Source of the DNA: an uncultured Chloroflexia bacterium
GTDB taxonomy: Bacteria; Chloroflexota; Limnocylindria; Limnocylindrales; CSP1-4
Direction: 5' to 3'
Assembly (NCBI GenBank): GCA_963763775.1
Contig: CAVXPZ010000003.1
Location: forward strand, 704,001 to 768,000
Length of the DNA stretch: 64,000 nucleotides
The first letter of the stretch is position 1, and the number at the start of each line of letters is the position of its first letter. The position numbers and the translations under genes were made by a program. The notes below the pieces were generated by a model. That model made no database searches, was not told the DNA's origin, and worked only from the letters and a program-made list of their open reading frames with translations. Of this stretch, positions 1-10,547 are shown piece after piece.

Positions 1-720
1 CGCGTCCCGCAGCAGCCCCAGCAGCCGGTTGCGCCGGTCCGCCGTGAGGCTCCGCTGGCGAGGCAACGACGCCACCCACGCCGAGAGCTGTTCGCTCGTC
101 ACGACCGCGCAGGCGGCACTGCGCGCGAGGGCGTCATCCGTCGTCACGATCGCGCCGTAGACGCGCACGACGAAATCCACCTCGTGCTGGCCCAGCCATC
201 GACGAAGCCGTTCGGCGTCGCGGGTCACCGGGTCCCGCGGGTCCATGGCCTTCGTGTCCGTCTCGTCCGACACGGCCGCCCGTCGTCGACGGGTCGTCTC
301 GGTCAGGCCGTGCACGACGGCCACGCCGAACCCGCCGACGAGGATGGTCGGGGCCGGACGACCGTCGTCGAGCCGGACGCCGCGGATGACGGTCACGTCG
401 TGGGGCAGGGTGGCGAGGTGGTCCGGATCCGACCGGGTCAGCCCGGCGCGAACCACCGCGAGCATGTGGGCGAGCCGGTCGGTGCCCAGGAGGACCAGGC
501 CCGCCGGCGCCGCGAGCATCGCGGCCCAGGCCAGGACGCCGATCGCCGGCCCCGCGGCGCCCGGACCGACCGTCTCGGCGAGGAGGGCCACGATCCGCGT
601 GGTGAGCGCGAGGCAGACCAGCCAGACGCCCAGGAGGACGAGGCTCGTCCCGACGAGGGTCTCGCCGAGGACGGATCCGACGGGTCGCGGGGAGCGGTCG
701 ACGGTGAGGGGGAAGGGCAT
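1..720 (-). CDS. Membrane protein with possible NERD-like C-terminal domain (runs off window edge)
   Basis: Hand translation from ATG 720: [39 protein letters not shown]... with hydrophobic helices; no stop before the edge; absent from the ORF track. Confidence 0.6.
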   Translation of the reverse strand, partial: MPFPLTVDRSPRPVGSVLGETLVGTSLVLLGVWLVCLALTTRIVALLAETVGPGAAGPAIGVLAWAAMLAAPAGLVLLGTDRLAHMLAVVRAGLTRSDPDHLATLPHDVTVIRGVRLDDGRPAPTILVGGFGVAVVHGLTETTRRRRAAVSDETDTKAMDPRDPVTRDAERLRRWLGQHEVDFVVRVYGAIVTTDDALARSAACAVVTSEQLSAWVASLPRQRSLTADRRNRLLGLLRDA

Positions 721-1008
721 GGCGGCATGGTGGCGCGAGGTGGTCTCCGGCGGAATGGCCAGACCGGGGTAACCCGATCCGGCGGACGGACCAGCCTCCC
801 CTCCGGACCGCACAGCAGCGCCACCGGCCGGTGTCGCACCGCACCGTTTTCGTCCGATGCGGCGCGACGGGGGACCGACGGTGGTCAGACCCGACCGGGA
901 CCCCCGTACCATTGCCCGCCCCCACGCTCGCGACCATCCTCGGCTGCGTACCAACGCATGCCCATGCCCTGGAGGCCACGCGGCTTGGGAAGAACGAACC
1001 GAGCACGA

Positions 1009-2571
1009 ATGACGCCACCGACACGGCCCTGGATCGGGGGGATCCTGCTGGCCGCGTCGCTGGTCGCCCTGCTCGTGGCTCCGGTGTTCGGCGCGGACCC
1101 GGCCTCGCTCTCGAAGGCCGACGTCTCGCCACGGTCCGGCGACGTGACCACGCGGTTCACCTTCCTGGTCACCTTCGTCGACTCCAGCGGCCGTCGACCG
1201 TCGTCGATCCAGGTCCGCATCGGCAACGACACGCATCGCCTGTGGCGGTCGCAGGGCCGCGACGTCCGGACGGGCGTGGTCTATCGATGGTCGGGCCAGC
1301 TGCCGAAGGGCAAGCATGACGTCACCTTCGAGGGGCGCAGCCGCGAGGGGACGACCCTCTCCCTGGGCGCCGGGAGCGTCCAGGTCGGTCCGCCGGACCC
1401 GACGCCCACACCGAAGCCGACACCGAAGCCGAAGCCGACCCCGAAGCCGACGCCCAAACCCCGGCCCACCGAGCAGCCGCAGCCCCAGCCGCGATCGACG
1501 CCTCGCCCCGACCCACAGCCGACCAGGCGACCGACGGTCAAGCCGACGCCCGCCCCGACCCCCAGCCCCGACCTGATCGTCGGCGTCGTCCCGCTGGGCG
1601 AGCCGAACGACGCACCCCCGACGGGAGTCCCGCAGGATCCGGCCCTCGCGTTCGTCCCCACGCCCAGTCCCTCGCCCAGCGACGCGGTGACCGCGGTCGT
1701 CGTCCCCGGGACGACCGACGGCGGCCAGGCCGGCCCGGGTGCCGGGGGTCCGTCCGGCCCTGATGGCACGGGAGGGACGGGCGGCGGCGATACCTCGGCG
1801 ACCGGCGGGGGATCGACCAGGGACCACACCTGGGGACCCCTGGCAAGCCTGACGGCCATGCTCGGCATCGGGACGCCGACCATCCCCGTCTTCCCGTTCA
1901 TGCCGACCGTCGTGACCACCTCGGGCGTCGCGGCGGCATCGATGGCGCTCGGGCTCTTCGGTCGCAAGCGTCGCGACGAGGAAGCCCCGGCGTCCGACGC
2001 GGTCCTCGCCGCGGCCGCCGCGGAGGGCATCGGTGTCGGCGCGGGCGCCATCGCCGGTCTCGACGATGACGAGGACGACGATGACCTGATCGGCCCCGAC
2101 GAGTACGACCTCGACGCGGAATCCCTCTTGCCGCGGTGGCGACGCCCGTCCCTCCTCCAGGCCCGCAAGGCCGACCCGCTCCGGAACGGCGAGTCCACGC
2201 CACGGCTCGCCTTCGACCACGGCTTCAACGGGTCGATCGCCGGCACGGAGCGGCGGATGATCCGCTACACGGTCGTTCGCCTGCTCGACGCGCCGGATGA
2301 GCTCCGCGGTCGGGAGATCGGCGTGCTGGGCGAGGGCGACGAGGTCGAGCTGCTCGAGAAGCAGGGCGTCTACTGGCTCGTCGCCTGCCCGGATGGCGGC
2401 CGGGGCTGGATCCACAAGATGACCCTCGGCGCCGAGGTCGGCCGCCCGCCGTCCAACGACGCCCCGTCGGCATCGTTGCCCCTCGCGGCCGAGACCTGGA
2501 CGATGGGCGAGTCCGACGTCGACGACGACGTCCTGGCCGCGTACCTCGCGTCGCGGGAGCGGGCGGGCTAG
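1009..2571 (+). CDS. Membrane-anchored protein: signal peptide, Ig-like domain, Pro/Thr stalk, TM, C-terminal SH3-like domain
   Basis: [25 protein letters not shown] signal; PTPKP repeats; TM followed by RKRR; [19 protein letters not shown]...GRGWI SH3b-like segment. Confidence 0.7.
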   Translation: MTPPTRPWIGGILLAASLVALLVAPVFGADPASLSKADVSPRSGDVTTRFTFLVTFVDSSGRRPSSIQVRIGNDTHRLWRSQGRDVRTGVVYRWSGQLPKGKHDVTFEGRSREGTTLSLGAGSVQVGPPDPTPTPKPTPKPKPTPKPTPKPRPTEQPQPQPRSTPRPDPQPTRRPTVKPTPAPTPSPDLIVGVVPLGEPNDAPPTGVPQDPALAFVPTPSPSPSDAVTAVVVPGTTDGGQAGPGAGGPSGPDGTGGTGGGDTSATGGGSTRDHTWGPLASLTAMLGIGTPTIPVFPFMPTVVTTSGVAAASMALGLFGRKRRDEEAPASDAVLAAAAAEGIGVGAGAIAGLDDDEDDDDLIGPDEYDLDAESLLPRWRRPSLLQARKADPLRNGESTPRLAFDHGFNGSIAGTERRMIRYTVVRLLDAPDELRGREIGVLGEGDEVELLEKQGVYWLVACPDGGRGWIHKMTLGAEVGRPPSNDAPSASLPLAAETWTMGESDVDDDVLAAYLASRERAG

Positions 2572-3488
2572 GCCTTCGCCGGTTCCCGCCGCAGCACGAT
2601 GATGTGCTGGTGGGCGATGTTCGGGACGAACGCCCGCGGATAGCCGTACGGCCGAAGCCGTGTCCCGGCCTGGTACCAGATGAGGTCACCCTTGGGCACG
2701 AGGCCCGCGGCGTCGGCCCGGGCGGCGAGATCCGAGGCCGTGAAGAGGTACCGGCCGCCCTGGTAGGCGTCGCGCACGATGACGACCGCGTAGCGGCCCG
2801 GTCGGAGCACGCGGGCGATCTCCCCGAACACCACGCCCATCCGGTCGAGGAAGGTCGGGTAGTCGGGGGCGTTGGCGAGGTCGGCCGGGGAGTCGGTGAT
2901 CATCGCGTAGTCCGTCCGCCGGTTGGCGTGCGCCTCCGCGAGCCGCCCGCCGGCCATCGTCAGCGGGAGCTGGACGTTGTACGGCGGATCGGTGGCCACG
3001 AAGTCGACGGACGCGGACGCGATCGTCGGCAGGACCTGGAGCGAGTCACCCACGCGAAGGTCGCAACCGGACGGATCGAAGCCGCGCGGACCGCCGGGGT
3101 CGGCGGTGCCGAGATCCGCGATGTCGGGGCCGAGGCCGTCGCGCTCGGCCTGGAGGGCCGCGACCACCTGGCCGTAGATCGTCACCCAGCGTGGATCGAG
3201 CTCGATCCCGATCGCCCGCCGCGGCCCGTGCGCGATCGCCGCCCCGAGCAGCGTGCCGCCGACGCCGGCGAACGGGTCGAGCACGAGGTCGCCGGTCTTC
3301 GTGAAGAACTCGATGAGCCGCGCCATGAGCCGCGGCGGCTTGTTCGCGCCATGGGCCTTCCGTGCCGCGTGCCCGAGTTCCGAGGGGTACGCGGTCGTCA
3401 GGACGGACTTCGTGAAGTAGAGCCAGGACTCCCCGGACAGCTCATTGAGCGTGTTGTCGGGATGGGGCGCTCCCGGTCCGTCTGCCAT
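2568..3488 (-). CDS. Adenine/N4-cytosine DNA methyltransferase (orphan)
   Basis: [14 protein letters not shown]-binding motif, TDPPY catalytic motif, HGANKPPRL; start MADGPGAP. Confidence 0.8.
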   Translation of the reverse strand: MADGPGAPHPDNTLNELSGESWLYFTKSVLTTAYPSELGHAARKAHGANKPPRLMARLIEFFTKTGDLVLDPFAGVGGTLLGAAIAHGPRRAIGIELDPRWVTIYGQVVAALQAERDGLGPDIADLGTADPGGPRGFDPSGCDLRVGDSLQVLPTIASASVDFVATDPPYNVQLPLTMAGGRLAEAHANRRTDYAMITDSPADLANAPDYPTFLDRMGVVFGEIARVLRPGRYAVVIVRDAYQGGRYLFTASDLAARADAAGLVPKGDLIWYQAGTRLRPYGYPRAFVPNIAHQHIIVLRREPAKA

Positions 3489-3575
3489 CGACTCCAGCCT
3501 AGCCGAGCGGCCGCCTGGCCGGCGCCCCGCCGCGCTCGTCGTCGGAGCCCGAGCGCAGGGCCCTAGAATGCGGCC

Positions 3576-6500
3576 ATGCCCGGCCGGTACACGAGCCCGC
3601 GGTTCGTCGGGCGTGAGGACGCGTTCGCGCGACTCGCGTCCGTGCTGGACGACGCCGCCAGCGGGCACGCCCGGACGATGCTCCTGCGAGGGCCTGCCGG
3701 CATCGGGATCTCGCGGTTCCTCGATGAGGCGACCGGCCGGATCGGCACCCTGAGCGAGCCGATGACGGTCCTGCGCGCCGCCGCGACGCCGGTCGGGACG
3801 GACGAGCCATACGGGCCGATCGTCCGGGCCCTGGGGCCGACGCTCGACGCGCTGCCGCCGGACGAGCTTCGCCGGATCCTCGGCCCGGCGGCGGGCGACG
3901 TCGTGCGCCTGCTGCCGTCGGTCGGCGTCGCGCTCGAGCGGTCCGGCGACCCGGTCACCGCCCGCGGCGCGGGCGAGCCCGAGCGACGGGCCGAGCGGAT
4001 CATGGAGGGGGTCCTCGGGATCCTCGGCCGTCTCGGGGTCCGCCGTCCGGTGGTCCTCGTGCTGGAGGACCTGCATCGCGCCGATGCGGCGACGCGCGAG
4101 CTGGTCACCTTCGTGGCCCGCGTGGCCGCCCGTCAGCGCCTGGCGGTCATCGCGTCGGACCAGCCCGACATCGTGCCGCGCGACGACCCGTGGCTCCGGG
4201 CGGTGTCGGCCATCGTCGCCGCGCCGCGGCCCCTCGAGAGCCTGACGCTGCCGGTGCTCGATCGCGGCGAGCTGGCGGCCCTCATCGAGGCCGTCGAGGG
4301 CGAGCGAGCATCGGCCAGCCTCCTCCTGCTGGTCGCGGAACGCTCCGGTGGCAGCCCGCTCGTCGCGGAGGAGCTCCTCGCGGCCAGGCGCGAGCTGCCG
4401 ACCGCGTCGCTGACCGGGTCGCTCGACGAGATCGTGGTCGGTCGCCTGTCCGTGCGCAGCGTGGAATGCCGTCGCGTGCTCCGGCTCATCGCCCCGGCCG
4501 GGATCGGCCTGACCCGGGCGGAGCTCGCCCAGGTGGCCGCCCGCTTCGAGGCCGAGACGAGCCGCCCGGCGCCTCGCTCGGTGAGCGGGCCGCGGCGTGG
4601 CAGCGGCGACCTGGACGCGGACCTGACCGCGGGCCTGCTCGAGGGTCTCGAGCACGGGTTCCTGGTCGAGCGCGACGGGCTCATCGCGTGCCGGCACGAG
4701 CTGATCGCCCGCGCGATCGAGCGCGACCTGCTGCCGATGGCCCGGACCCGGTTCCACGCGGCCATCGCGGCCGGCATCGACGGGCACCCCTCCGCGGCGG
4801 CGAGGCACTGGCTCGAAGCCCATGACGTCCATGCGGCCCGCGACGCGGCGATCGCGGCGGCGGACATGGCGGCGTCCCGGGCGGCCGCGGCGGACGAGCT
4901 GGCGTGGCTGGAACTCGCCCTGTCCCTGACCGACCCCGACCGACCCGACGGTCGCGCGCGCCGCCGCACGGACCGCCGCGCGCTGGCGCTCCCGGGCGAT
5001 CGCGCGGACCTCCAGGAGCGCGCGGCCGAGGCGGCCATGGCCACGGGACGGACGTCGCGCGCGATCGCCTACATCGAGTCGGCGATCGGCCTGCTGGACG
5101 CGCGACGCGACCGCGTCCGCGCGGGCCTGCTCCACGAGCGGATGGCGCACATGCTCCACGCGTCCGGCGATCCAGCGGGCGCGCGCGCGGCCGCGATCCG
5201 CGCCGTGGAACTGGTCCCGCGCGAGCCGAGCGTGGCCCGGGCGACGGTCGTCGCGCGTCTCGCGCAGCTCTGCATGCTCGACGGCATCTTCTCGGACGCC
5301 ACGCGCTGGGCGAAGGACGCGATCAAGGTCGCGCGGGCCTGCGACCCCGTGGCGAAGGCGCAGGAGATCCACGCCACGACGACGCTCGCGGTCGCGCTCG
5401 CCTGGGGCCGGGACCCGAACGCGGCCATCGCCCTGCTCCTCGAGGCGGACGCGGCCGCCCGCGAGATCGACGACTCTGACGCGCTCTTCCGGATCTCGGC
5501 GAACCTCACGACCGTGCTCGACCTCGTCGGCCGGCGAGCGGAGGCCGTCGACGTGGCCTATCGCGGGATCGAGGATGCCCGCCGGGCCGGGCTCGAGGCC
5601 GTCTACGGCAACTTCCTGGTCGGCAACGTCGCGGAGTCGCTGATCCTGCTCGGACGCTGGGACGAGGCGCGGACCCTGACCGAGCGGGCGCTGACGTGGT
5701 TGCCGGCGGGCCTCATCTTCCAGACGACGGTGCCTCGAGACCGCGGTCATCGAGATCGAAAGCGATGCCGGTCGCGGCGCCACCACCCTGCTCGGTCAGC
5801 TCGCGCTCGAGCTCGACGCGATGCGCGAGCCGCAGCTCGCGGTCCCGTACAGCCTGGCGGTGGCGTCCTACGCGCTGTGGCGGGGCGACGCCGCCGATGC
5901 CGCGCGCTCGGCCGATCGGGCGTGGCAGATCGTCCGCTCGACCGAGGAATGGGTCCTCGCCGCACGCGTCGCCGCCGTGGTGGCCCAGGTGGACGCCGCG
6001 ATCGGCGCCGACGCCCACGAGCGTCGACAGCTGGCGCCCGCTGGCGACCGCCCGGACGCACACGGCGGACGTCCTCGCGGCCGCGGCGATCCTCGTCGAA
6101 GCGGGCGGGGCGTCACCGACCACCGGGTCGCGGCGCGTCGCCGAGGCGTACCTCGCCACGGCACGGGCCTTCCAGCGACGGCTCGAAGGTGACGAGTCCG
6201 TCGCCGTGTGGTCCAAGGTCGCGACGATGTGGAAGCAGCTCGACGCCCCGTACGAGGTGGCGCTCGCCCGGTGGCGACAGGCCGAAGCGATGCTCGGAAG
6301 CGGCGCGGGACGAGCGGGCCGGGCCAGCGCCAAGGCCCCGCTCCTGGAGTCGGCGACGCTGGCGATCTCGATGGGCGCGCGCCCACTCCTGCGGAATCTG
6401 CGAGACCTGGCGGGCCGGGCGCGCATCGACCTGCCGGACGACCGTCGATCGGCTCCTCGAGGCCCGGCCGGTCGAGGAGGCCACGGCTGGTTCGACGAGC

Positions 6501-6806
6501 CGTGGGAACGGCCACGATCGCCACCATCCCGACCTGGTCAAGGCGATCGTCGGTGAGCCCGCGCCGAAGGGACGCGGCGACACCTTCGGACTGAGCGGCC
6601 GCGAGCGCGAGGTGCTCCTGTTGCTCGCCGAGGGACGGACGAACCGCGAGATCGGGGAGCGGCTCTTCATCAGCCAGAAGACCGTGGGCGTCCACGTCGG
6701 CAACATCCTGGCGAAGCTGGAGGTGTCCGGCCGCGTCGAGGCGGCCGCGGTCGCGATCCGCCTCGGGATCACCGACCGCCCGGAGTCGAGGGTGTCCGGC
6801 CGCTGA
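3576..6806 (+). CDS. MalT-like STAND ATPase/TPR/LuxR transcriptional regulator (indels near 5735, 6040, 6440)
   Basis: Degenerate P-loop GPAGIGISR, LEDLHRAD Walker B, C-terminal LSGREREVLLLLAEGRTNREIGERLFISQKTVGVHVGNIL HTH. Confidence 0.85.
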   Translation: MPGRYTSPRFVGREDAFARLASVLDDAASGHARTMLLRGPAGIGISRFLDEATGRIGTLSEPMTVLRAAATPVGTDEPYGPIVRALGPTLDALPPDELRRILGPAAGDVVRLLPSVGVALERSGDPVTARGAGEPERRAERIMEGVLGILGRLGVRRPVVLVLEDLHRADAATRELVTFVARVAARQRLAVIASDQPDIVPRDDPWLRAVSAIVAAPRPLESLTLPVLDRGELAALIEAVEGERASASLLLLVAERSGGSPLVAEELLAARRELPTASLTGSLDEIVVGRLSVRSVECRRVLRLIAPAGIGLTRAELAQVAARFEAETSRPAPRSVSGPRRGSGDLDADLTAGLLEGLEHGFLVERDGLIACRHELIARAIERDLLPMARTRFHAAIAAGIDGHPSAAARHWLEAHDVHAARDAAIAAADMAASRAAAADELAWLELALSLTDPDRPDGRARRRTDRRALALPGDRADLQERAAEAAMATGRTSRAIAYIESAIGLLDARRDRVRAGLLHERMAHMLHASGDPAGARAAAIRAVELVPREPSVARATVVARLAQLCMLDGIFSDATRWAKDAIKVARACDPVAKAQEIHATTTLAVALAWGRDPNAAIALLLEADAAAREIDDSDALFRISANLTTVLDLVGRRAEAVDVAYRGIEDARRAGLEAVYGNFLVGNVAESLILLGRWDEARTLTERALTWLPAGLIFQTTVPRDRGHRDRKRCRSRRHHPARSARARARRDARAAARGPVQPGGGVLRAVAGRRRRCRALGRSGVADRPLDRGMGPRRTRRRRGGPGGRRDRRRRPRASTAGARWRPPGRTRRTSSRPRRSSSKRAGRHRPPGRGASPRRTSPRHGPSSDGSKVTSPSPCGPRSRRCGSSSTPRTRWRSPGGDRPKRCSEAARDERAGPAPRPRSWSRRRWRSRWARAHSCGICETWRAGRASTCRTTVDRLLEARPVEEATAGSTSRGNGHDRHHPDLVKAIVGEPAPKGRGDTFGLSGREREVLLLLAEGRTNREIGERLFISQKTVGVHVGNILAKLEVSGRVEAAAVAIRLGITDRPESRVSGR

Positions 6807-6827
6807 CGTCTCGGGTGCCGGACACCA

Positions 6828-6858
6828 CGAGACCCGGAGGGAGGGTCTCCGGGTCTCG
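6828..6858. terminator. 12-bp perfect hairpin between convergent genes
   Basis: cgagacccggag-(7 nt)-ctccgggtctcg directly after the LuxR stop. Confidence 0.6.
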
Positions 6859-6923
6859 AAGGTTCGCCGATCGCCTGACCGGGGATGAGCCCCCGGATCA
6901 GGCAGCGAAATGAGGCAGCGAGG

Positions 6924-7035
6924 TCAGTGGGTTAGCTTCCACTTGTAGCCCGCGACGAGCGACAACGCGATCGCGGCAAGGGGACCGACGGTGATGCGCG
7001 AGCCTCCAGGCTCGGTGCGCGTAGTGCTTGATCAT
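6924..7035 (-). CDS. Small hydrophobic peptide of about 36 aa (one indel assumed)
   Basis: ATG 7035 MIKHYAHRAWRL, then in a shifted frame RITVGPLAAIALSLVAGYKWKLTH*. Confidence 0.45.
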
Positions 7036-7102
7036 CGGGTGGGCTCCGATCCGGTTTCTGTGTCGTTACCACCCAGGGAATCCCGGAGGTGGACGGCGAG
7101 CC

Positions 7103-7116
7103 TAGGACCGGTCCTA
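7103..7116. promoter_or_regulatory. Perfect 14-bp palindrome, candidate operator
   Basis: taggaccggtccta in the divergent intergenic region. Confidence 0.4.
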
Positions 7117-7287
7117 CGCGATCACAACCACGACCATGGTACGGGGGGCGACTGGTACTCGAGGTGTAAAACCGGGCGAGATCGTGCGTGTCAGGGTAGA
7201 TTCATGGCGATCCACGACCGGTGCATCGGTGCGCCACGATTGCACCAGAGGTCCCCATCACCGCCCGATCAGAGGTCCTTTCCACCC

Positions 7288-7785
7288 ATGCGACCGCGTC
7301 GACTGCTTGCCACCACCGCCCTGCTCGGCCTCGTCGTCGCCGCCTGTTCCAGCGCGTCCGCCGAGTGGACCTACGCCCCTGCGCCGCCACCGACCCCCAT
7401 CCCGAGCCAGTCCGGATCGGCCGCGCCCTCGGGTGCGCCGTCCGCCGAACCGTCGGGTGGCGGGTCGGCCGCGCCGTCGGGTGCGCCGTCGGCCGCGCCA
7501 TCCGGCGGCGGCTCCACGGTCACGATCACCGCGCAGAACATCGCGTTCACCACGACGGACGTCACGGCCCCGGCGGCGGGGTTCACCCTCGCCTTCGACA
7601 ACGAGGACGCCGGCGTCCCCCACGACGTCCAGATCGACGACGCCAACGGCCAGAAGGTCTTCGAGACCGAGATCTTCCCGGGGGTCGCGACGCGGTCGTA
7701 CCCGGTCGCGGCCCTTGCCGCGGGCGCCTACACATTCAAGTGCACGGTGCATCAGAACATGACCGGGAAGCTCACCGTCCAGTAG
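7288..7785 (+). CDS. Cupredoxin-domain lipoprotein
   Basis: Lipobox LVVAAC; PHDV and CTVHQNMTG type-1 copper ligands. Confidence 0.85.
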   Translation: MRPRRLLATTALLGLVVAACSSASAEWTYAPAPPPTPIPSQSGSAAPSGAPSAEPSGGGSAAPSGAPSAAPSGGGSTVTITAQNIAFTTTDVTAPAAGFTLAFDNEDAGVPHDVQIDDANGQKVFETEIFPGVATRSYPVAALAAGAYTFKCTVHQNMTGKLTVQ

Positions 7786-7798
7786 CGAGGCGACGCGG

Positions 7799-8548
7799 AT
7801 GACCCCGATCGGGGAGCAGCTCTGCTATGCCGACGCGTACGCCCGGTCGGTCGAGGCAAGGGTCCGGGCCGTGGACGTCGGCGAGGCGACGGTCGTCGTC
7901 CTGGACCGGACGGTCTTCTACCCGGGCGGGGGCGGACAGCCCTCCGATCGCGGCCTGCTCCTGCGAACCGCGGATGGCCGGTCGTGGACGGTCCGTGCCG
8001 CCCGCAAGCTCGACGGCGAGATCGTCCACGAGCTCGAGCCCGACGGTGCCGAGCCGCCCGCGGTGGGCGATGTCCTCGAGGTCGACCTCGACTGGGCCCG
8101 ACGGCTCACGCTGATGCGCACCCACACGGCCCTGCATGCCCTCTGCGGCGTGGTGTGGCGCGACTACGGGGCCCTCGTGACCGGCGGGAACATGGAGCCG
8201 GGGACGGCACGCATGGACTTCGAGTTCGAGCGGATGTCGGGCGACCTCGTCGACGCGATCGAGGCCGCGGTCAACATCGAGCTCGCGGCGCAGCGCGATG
8301 TGCGCGTCAACGTCCTGCCCCGGGACGAGGCGTTCGCCATCCCGGACCTCATCCGCACGAAGGTCAACCTGCTGCCCGAGGGCATCGAGGAGATCCGCAC
8401 GATCGAGATCGTGGGGCTCGACCTGCAGGCGGACGGCGGGACGCACGTCGCGAACACGCGCGAGGTCGGTCGGATCAACGTGACGGGCTACGAGTCCAAG
8501 GGCCGCATCAACAAGCGGATCCGGATCGCGCTGACCGACCCGGACTGA
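7799..8548 (+). CDS. alaX: Alanyl-tRNA editing protein AlaX
   Basis: LDRTVFYPGGGGQPSDRG, MRTHTALH, DGGTHV. Confidence 0.9.
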   Translation: MTPIGEQLCYADAYARSVEARVRAVDVGEATVVVLDRTVFYPGGGGQPSDRGLLLRTADGRSWTVRAARKLDGEIVHELEPDGAEPPAVGDVLEVDLDWARRLTLMRTHTALHALCGVVWRDYGALVTGGNMEPGTARMDFEFERMSGDLVDAIEAAVNIELAAQRDVRVNVLPRDEAFAIPDLIRTKVNLLPEGIEEIRTIEIVGLDLQADGGTHVANTREVGRINVTGYESKGRINKRIRIALTDPD

Positions 8549-8741
8549 CGTCCCGGCCCACCGGACGGGTGGTGACGCGGCGGCGTGATGTGTATCCTCA
8601 TGAGCCCCCGGCGGGCGTCGGCCCGCGGGAGGTGCAGAATTCGGCACATCCGGGCGGCCGAGCAGCCCACTCCGGGTGACCGAGGACCGACAGGCAGCCG
8701 CGCACCCCGCGACCGCGTGACGGCCGGAGGATGAGGTCGGA

Positions 8742-9747
8742 GTGACCGTGGTCGCGATCGAGGAACGCCAGTCGTCGTGGCAGGACGTCGTGCTGCCCCT
8801 CACCGAACGGCTGGCCGCGGGTCCGGCGACCGATGTCCGCAGCGACGACGCATGGGCCGAGGCCGGCCGCAAGGTCCTCGGCTACCACTTCGCCAGGGTC
8901 CTGGCCCGAGTCCCCGGCGTCGTCGCCGGGGAGGATCCGGAAGAGGTCCACGCGATGCGCGTGGCGGCCCGCCGGATGCGGGCGGCCTGGCGGGTGTTCG
9001 GCGACGCGTACGACCGCGGGACCACCCGCGCGTATCTCGACGACCTGCGCTCGCTCGGTGGTCGGCTCGGGGTCGTCCGCGATCTCGACGTCCGGATCGG
9101 CATCCTCGTCGCCTACGGGGAGCGACGGTCGAAGCGCGACCGGACCGGGCTCAAGCCCCTGCTCAGCGCCTGGCAGGCGGACCGGGTCGCCCGGCACGCC
9201 GAACTCGTCGAGGTGCTGACGTCCAGCTGGTTCACCGACATGGCGGCGGGGCTCGCCGCCTTCGCGGAGACCCCGGGGGCCTCGGCGCGCCCGGTCGTCC
9301 TGCGGACGCCGAACATCGTCCGCGACCGGGCGCCGGCCGTGGTCTGGGACGAGTACCAGGTCGTCTCGGCGTTCGCCGGCGGCCTGGACCGGGCCGACGT
9401 GGCGACGCTCCATGAGCTTCGGATCGCGGCGAAATGGCTGCGCTACACGCTGGAGTTCCTGCGCGAGCCGATGGGGCCGCCGGCCGGCGAGTTGATCCGT
9501 CGTGTCGTGGTCCTCCAGGACTACCTCGGCGACATCCACGACCTGCATGCGGCGGCCGTGTCGGCGGACGCGTACGCGACCGGGGCGCGTCGCCCTCACG
9601 GCGCCGACGACCGCGGCGATCGGCCGGTTCGTCGGCTACCAGGACGCCCGGGTCGAGCGGCTGCGCCGGCGGGTCGAGCCCGCGTGGGAGGGGGTCGCCG
9701 AGTCCGAGTATCGCCGTCGGCTCGGGCGCGCGGTCGCTCGCCTCTAG
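8742..9747 (+). CDS. CHAD domain protein (indel near 9590)
   Basis: EEVHAMRVAARRMRAA, LGVVRDLDV, LHELRIAAKWLRYTLE, LQDYLGDIHD. Confidence 0.85.
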
Positions 9748-9878
9748 GCGGTCGCGTCATCCGGTTCGGACGACGACACGCCGACCCGCACCCCGCACAC
9801 TCGGGGTCCACCCGGCATCGTGGGGACGGCGCGACGGCGCGTCGGCGAACGGCCGGTGACCTCAGGAGGCAGCACCAC

Positions 9879-10490
9879 ATGACCGATCAGCAGGACCCGG
9901 CGCAGGCGCCGGTCTATGTCGCATCCGCCGTCGTCGCGGACGAGCAAGGGGTCGAGGCCGCGGGCACGATCGTGATGCAGGGCGACGCGGTGCTTCTCGC
10001 CGCGCGGTTCGCCGACCCGGCCGCCGCTGGCGCGGCCTACGACCGGCTGCGCGAGGCCGAGGCCAACCAGGAGCTCAACATCGACGGCGTGCTCGTGGCT
10101 GACGCCGATGCCGACGGCAAGATCAACGTCCGCAAGCTGACCGACCACCACACACGTCGCGGCACCAAGTGGGGCATCATCGGCGGCGCCGCGCTCGCCG
10201 TGATCTTTCCCCCGAGCCTCATCGCGGGCGCCATCGCCGGCGGGGCGGCTGGGGCGATCATCGGCAAGGCCGGCAACGTGGTCCAGAAGAGCAAGGTGGC
10301 CGACGAGCTTGCCGGCGTCATCACGCCCGGCACGTCGGGCATCATCGCCGTCCTCGACCTGAACGCCGTCGAGCAGGTCAAGGCGGCCCTTCCGGAGGCC
10401 ACCGAGATCAAGACCGTCCCGGTGGACGCGGAGACGGCGACCGCGATGACCGTGGCCGCGCAGTCGGCCGGGGACACGTCCGCCGCCTGA
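9879..10490 (+). CDS. DUF1269-family membrane protein
   Basis: RBS aggagg; Gly/Ala-rich hairpin GAIAGGAAGAIIG; ITPGTSGII. Confidence 0.7.
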   Translation: MTDQQDPAQAPVYVASAVVADEQGVEAAGTIVMQGDAVLLAARFADPAAAGAAYDRLREAEANQELNIDGVLVADADADGKINVRKLTDHHTRRGTKWGIIGGAALAVIFPPSLIAGAIAGGAAGAIIGKAGNVVQKSKVADELAGVITPGTSGIIAVLDLNAVEQVKAALPEATEIKTVPVDAETATAMTVAAQSAGDTSAA

Positions 10491-10547
10491 GCCGGCTGAA
10501 CCGCCTGGGTCCGGCGCCGGTTCGCCGGCTCCGGACCCGTCCCCGGG

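Noticed and set aside
8742-10490. CHAD-DUF1269 fusion ORF
   Set aside because: Caused by an indel near 9590; CHAD ends at 9747 and the next gene has its own RBS.
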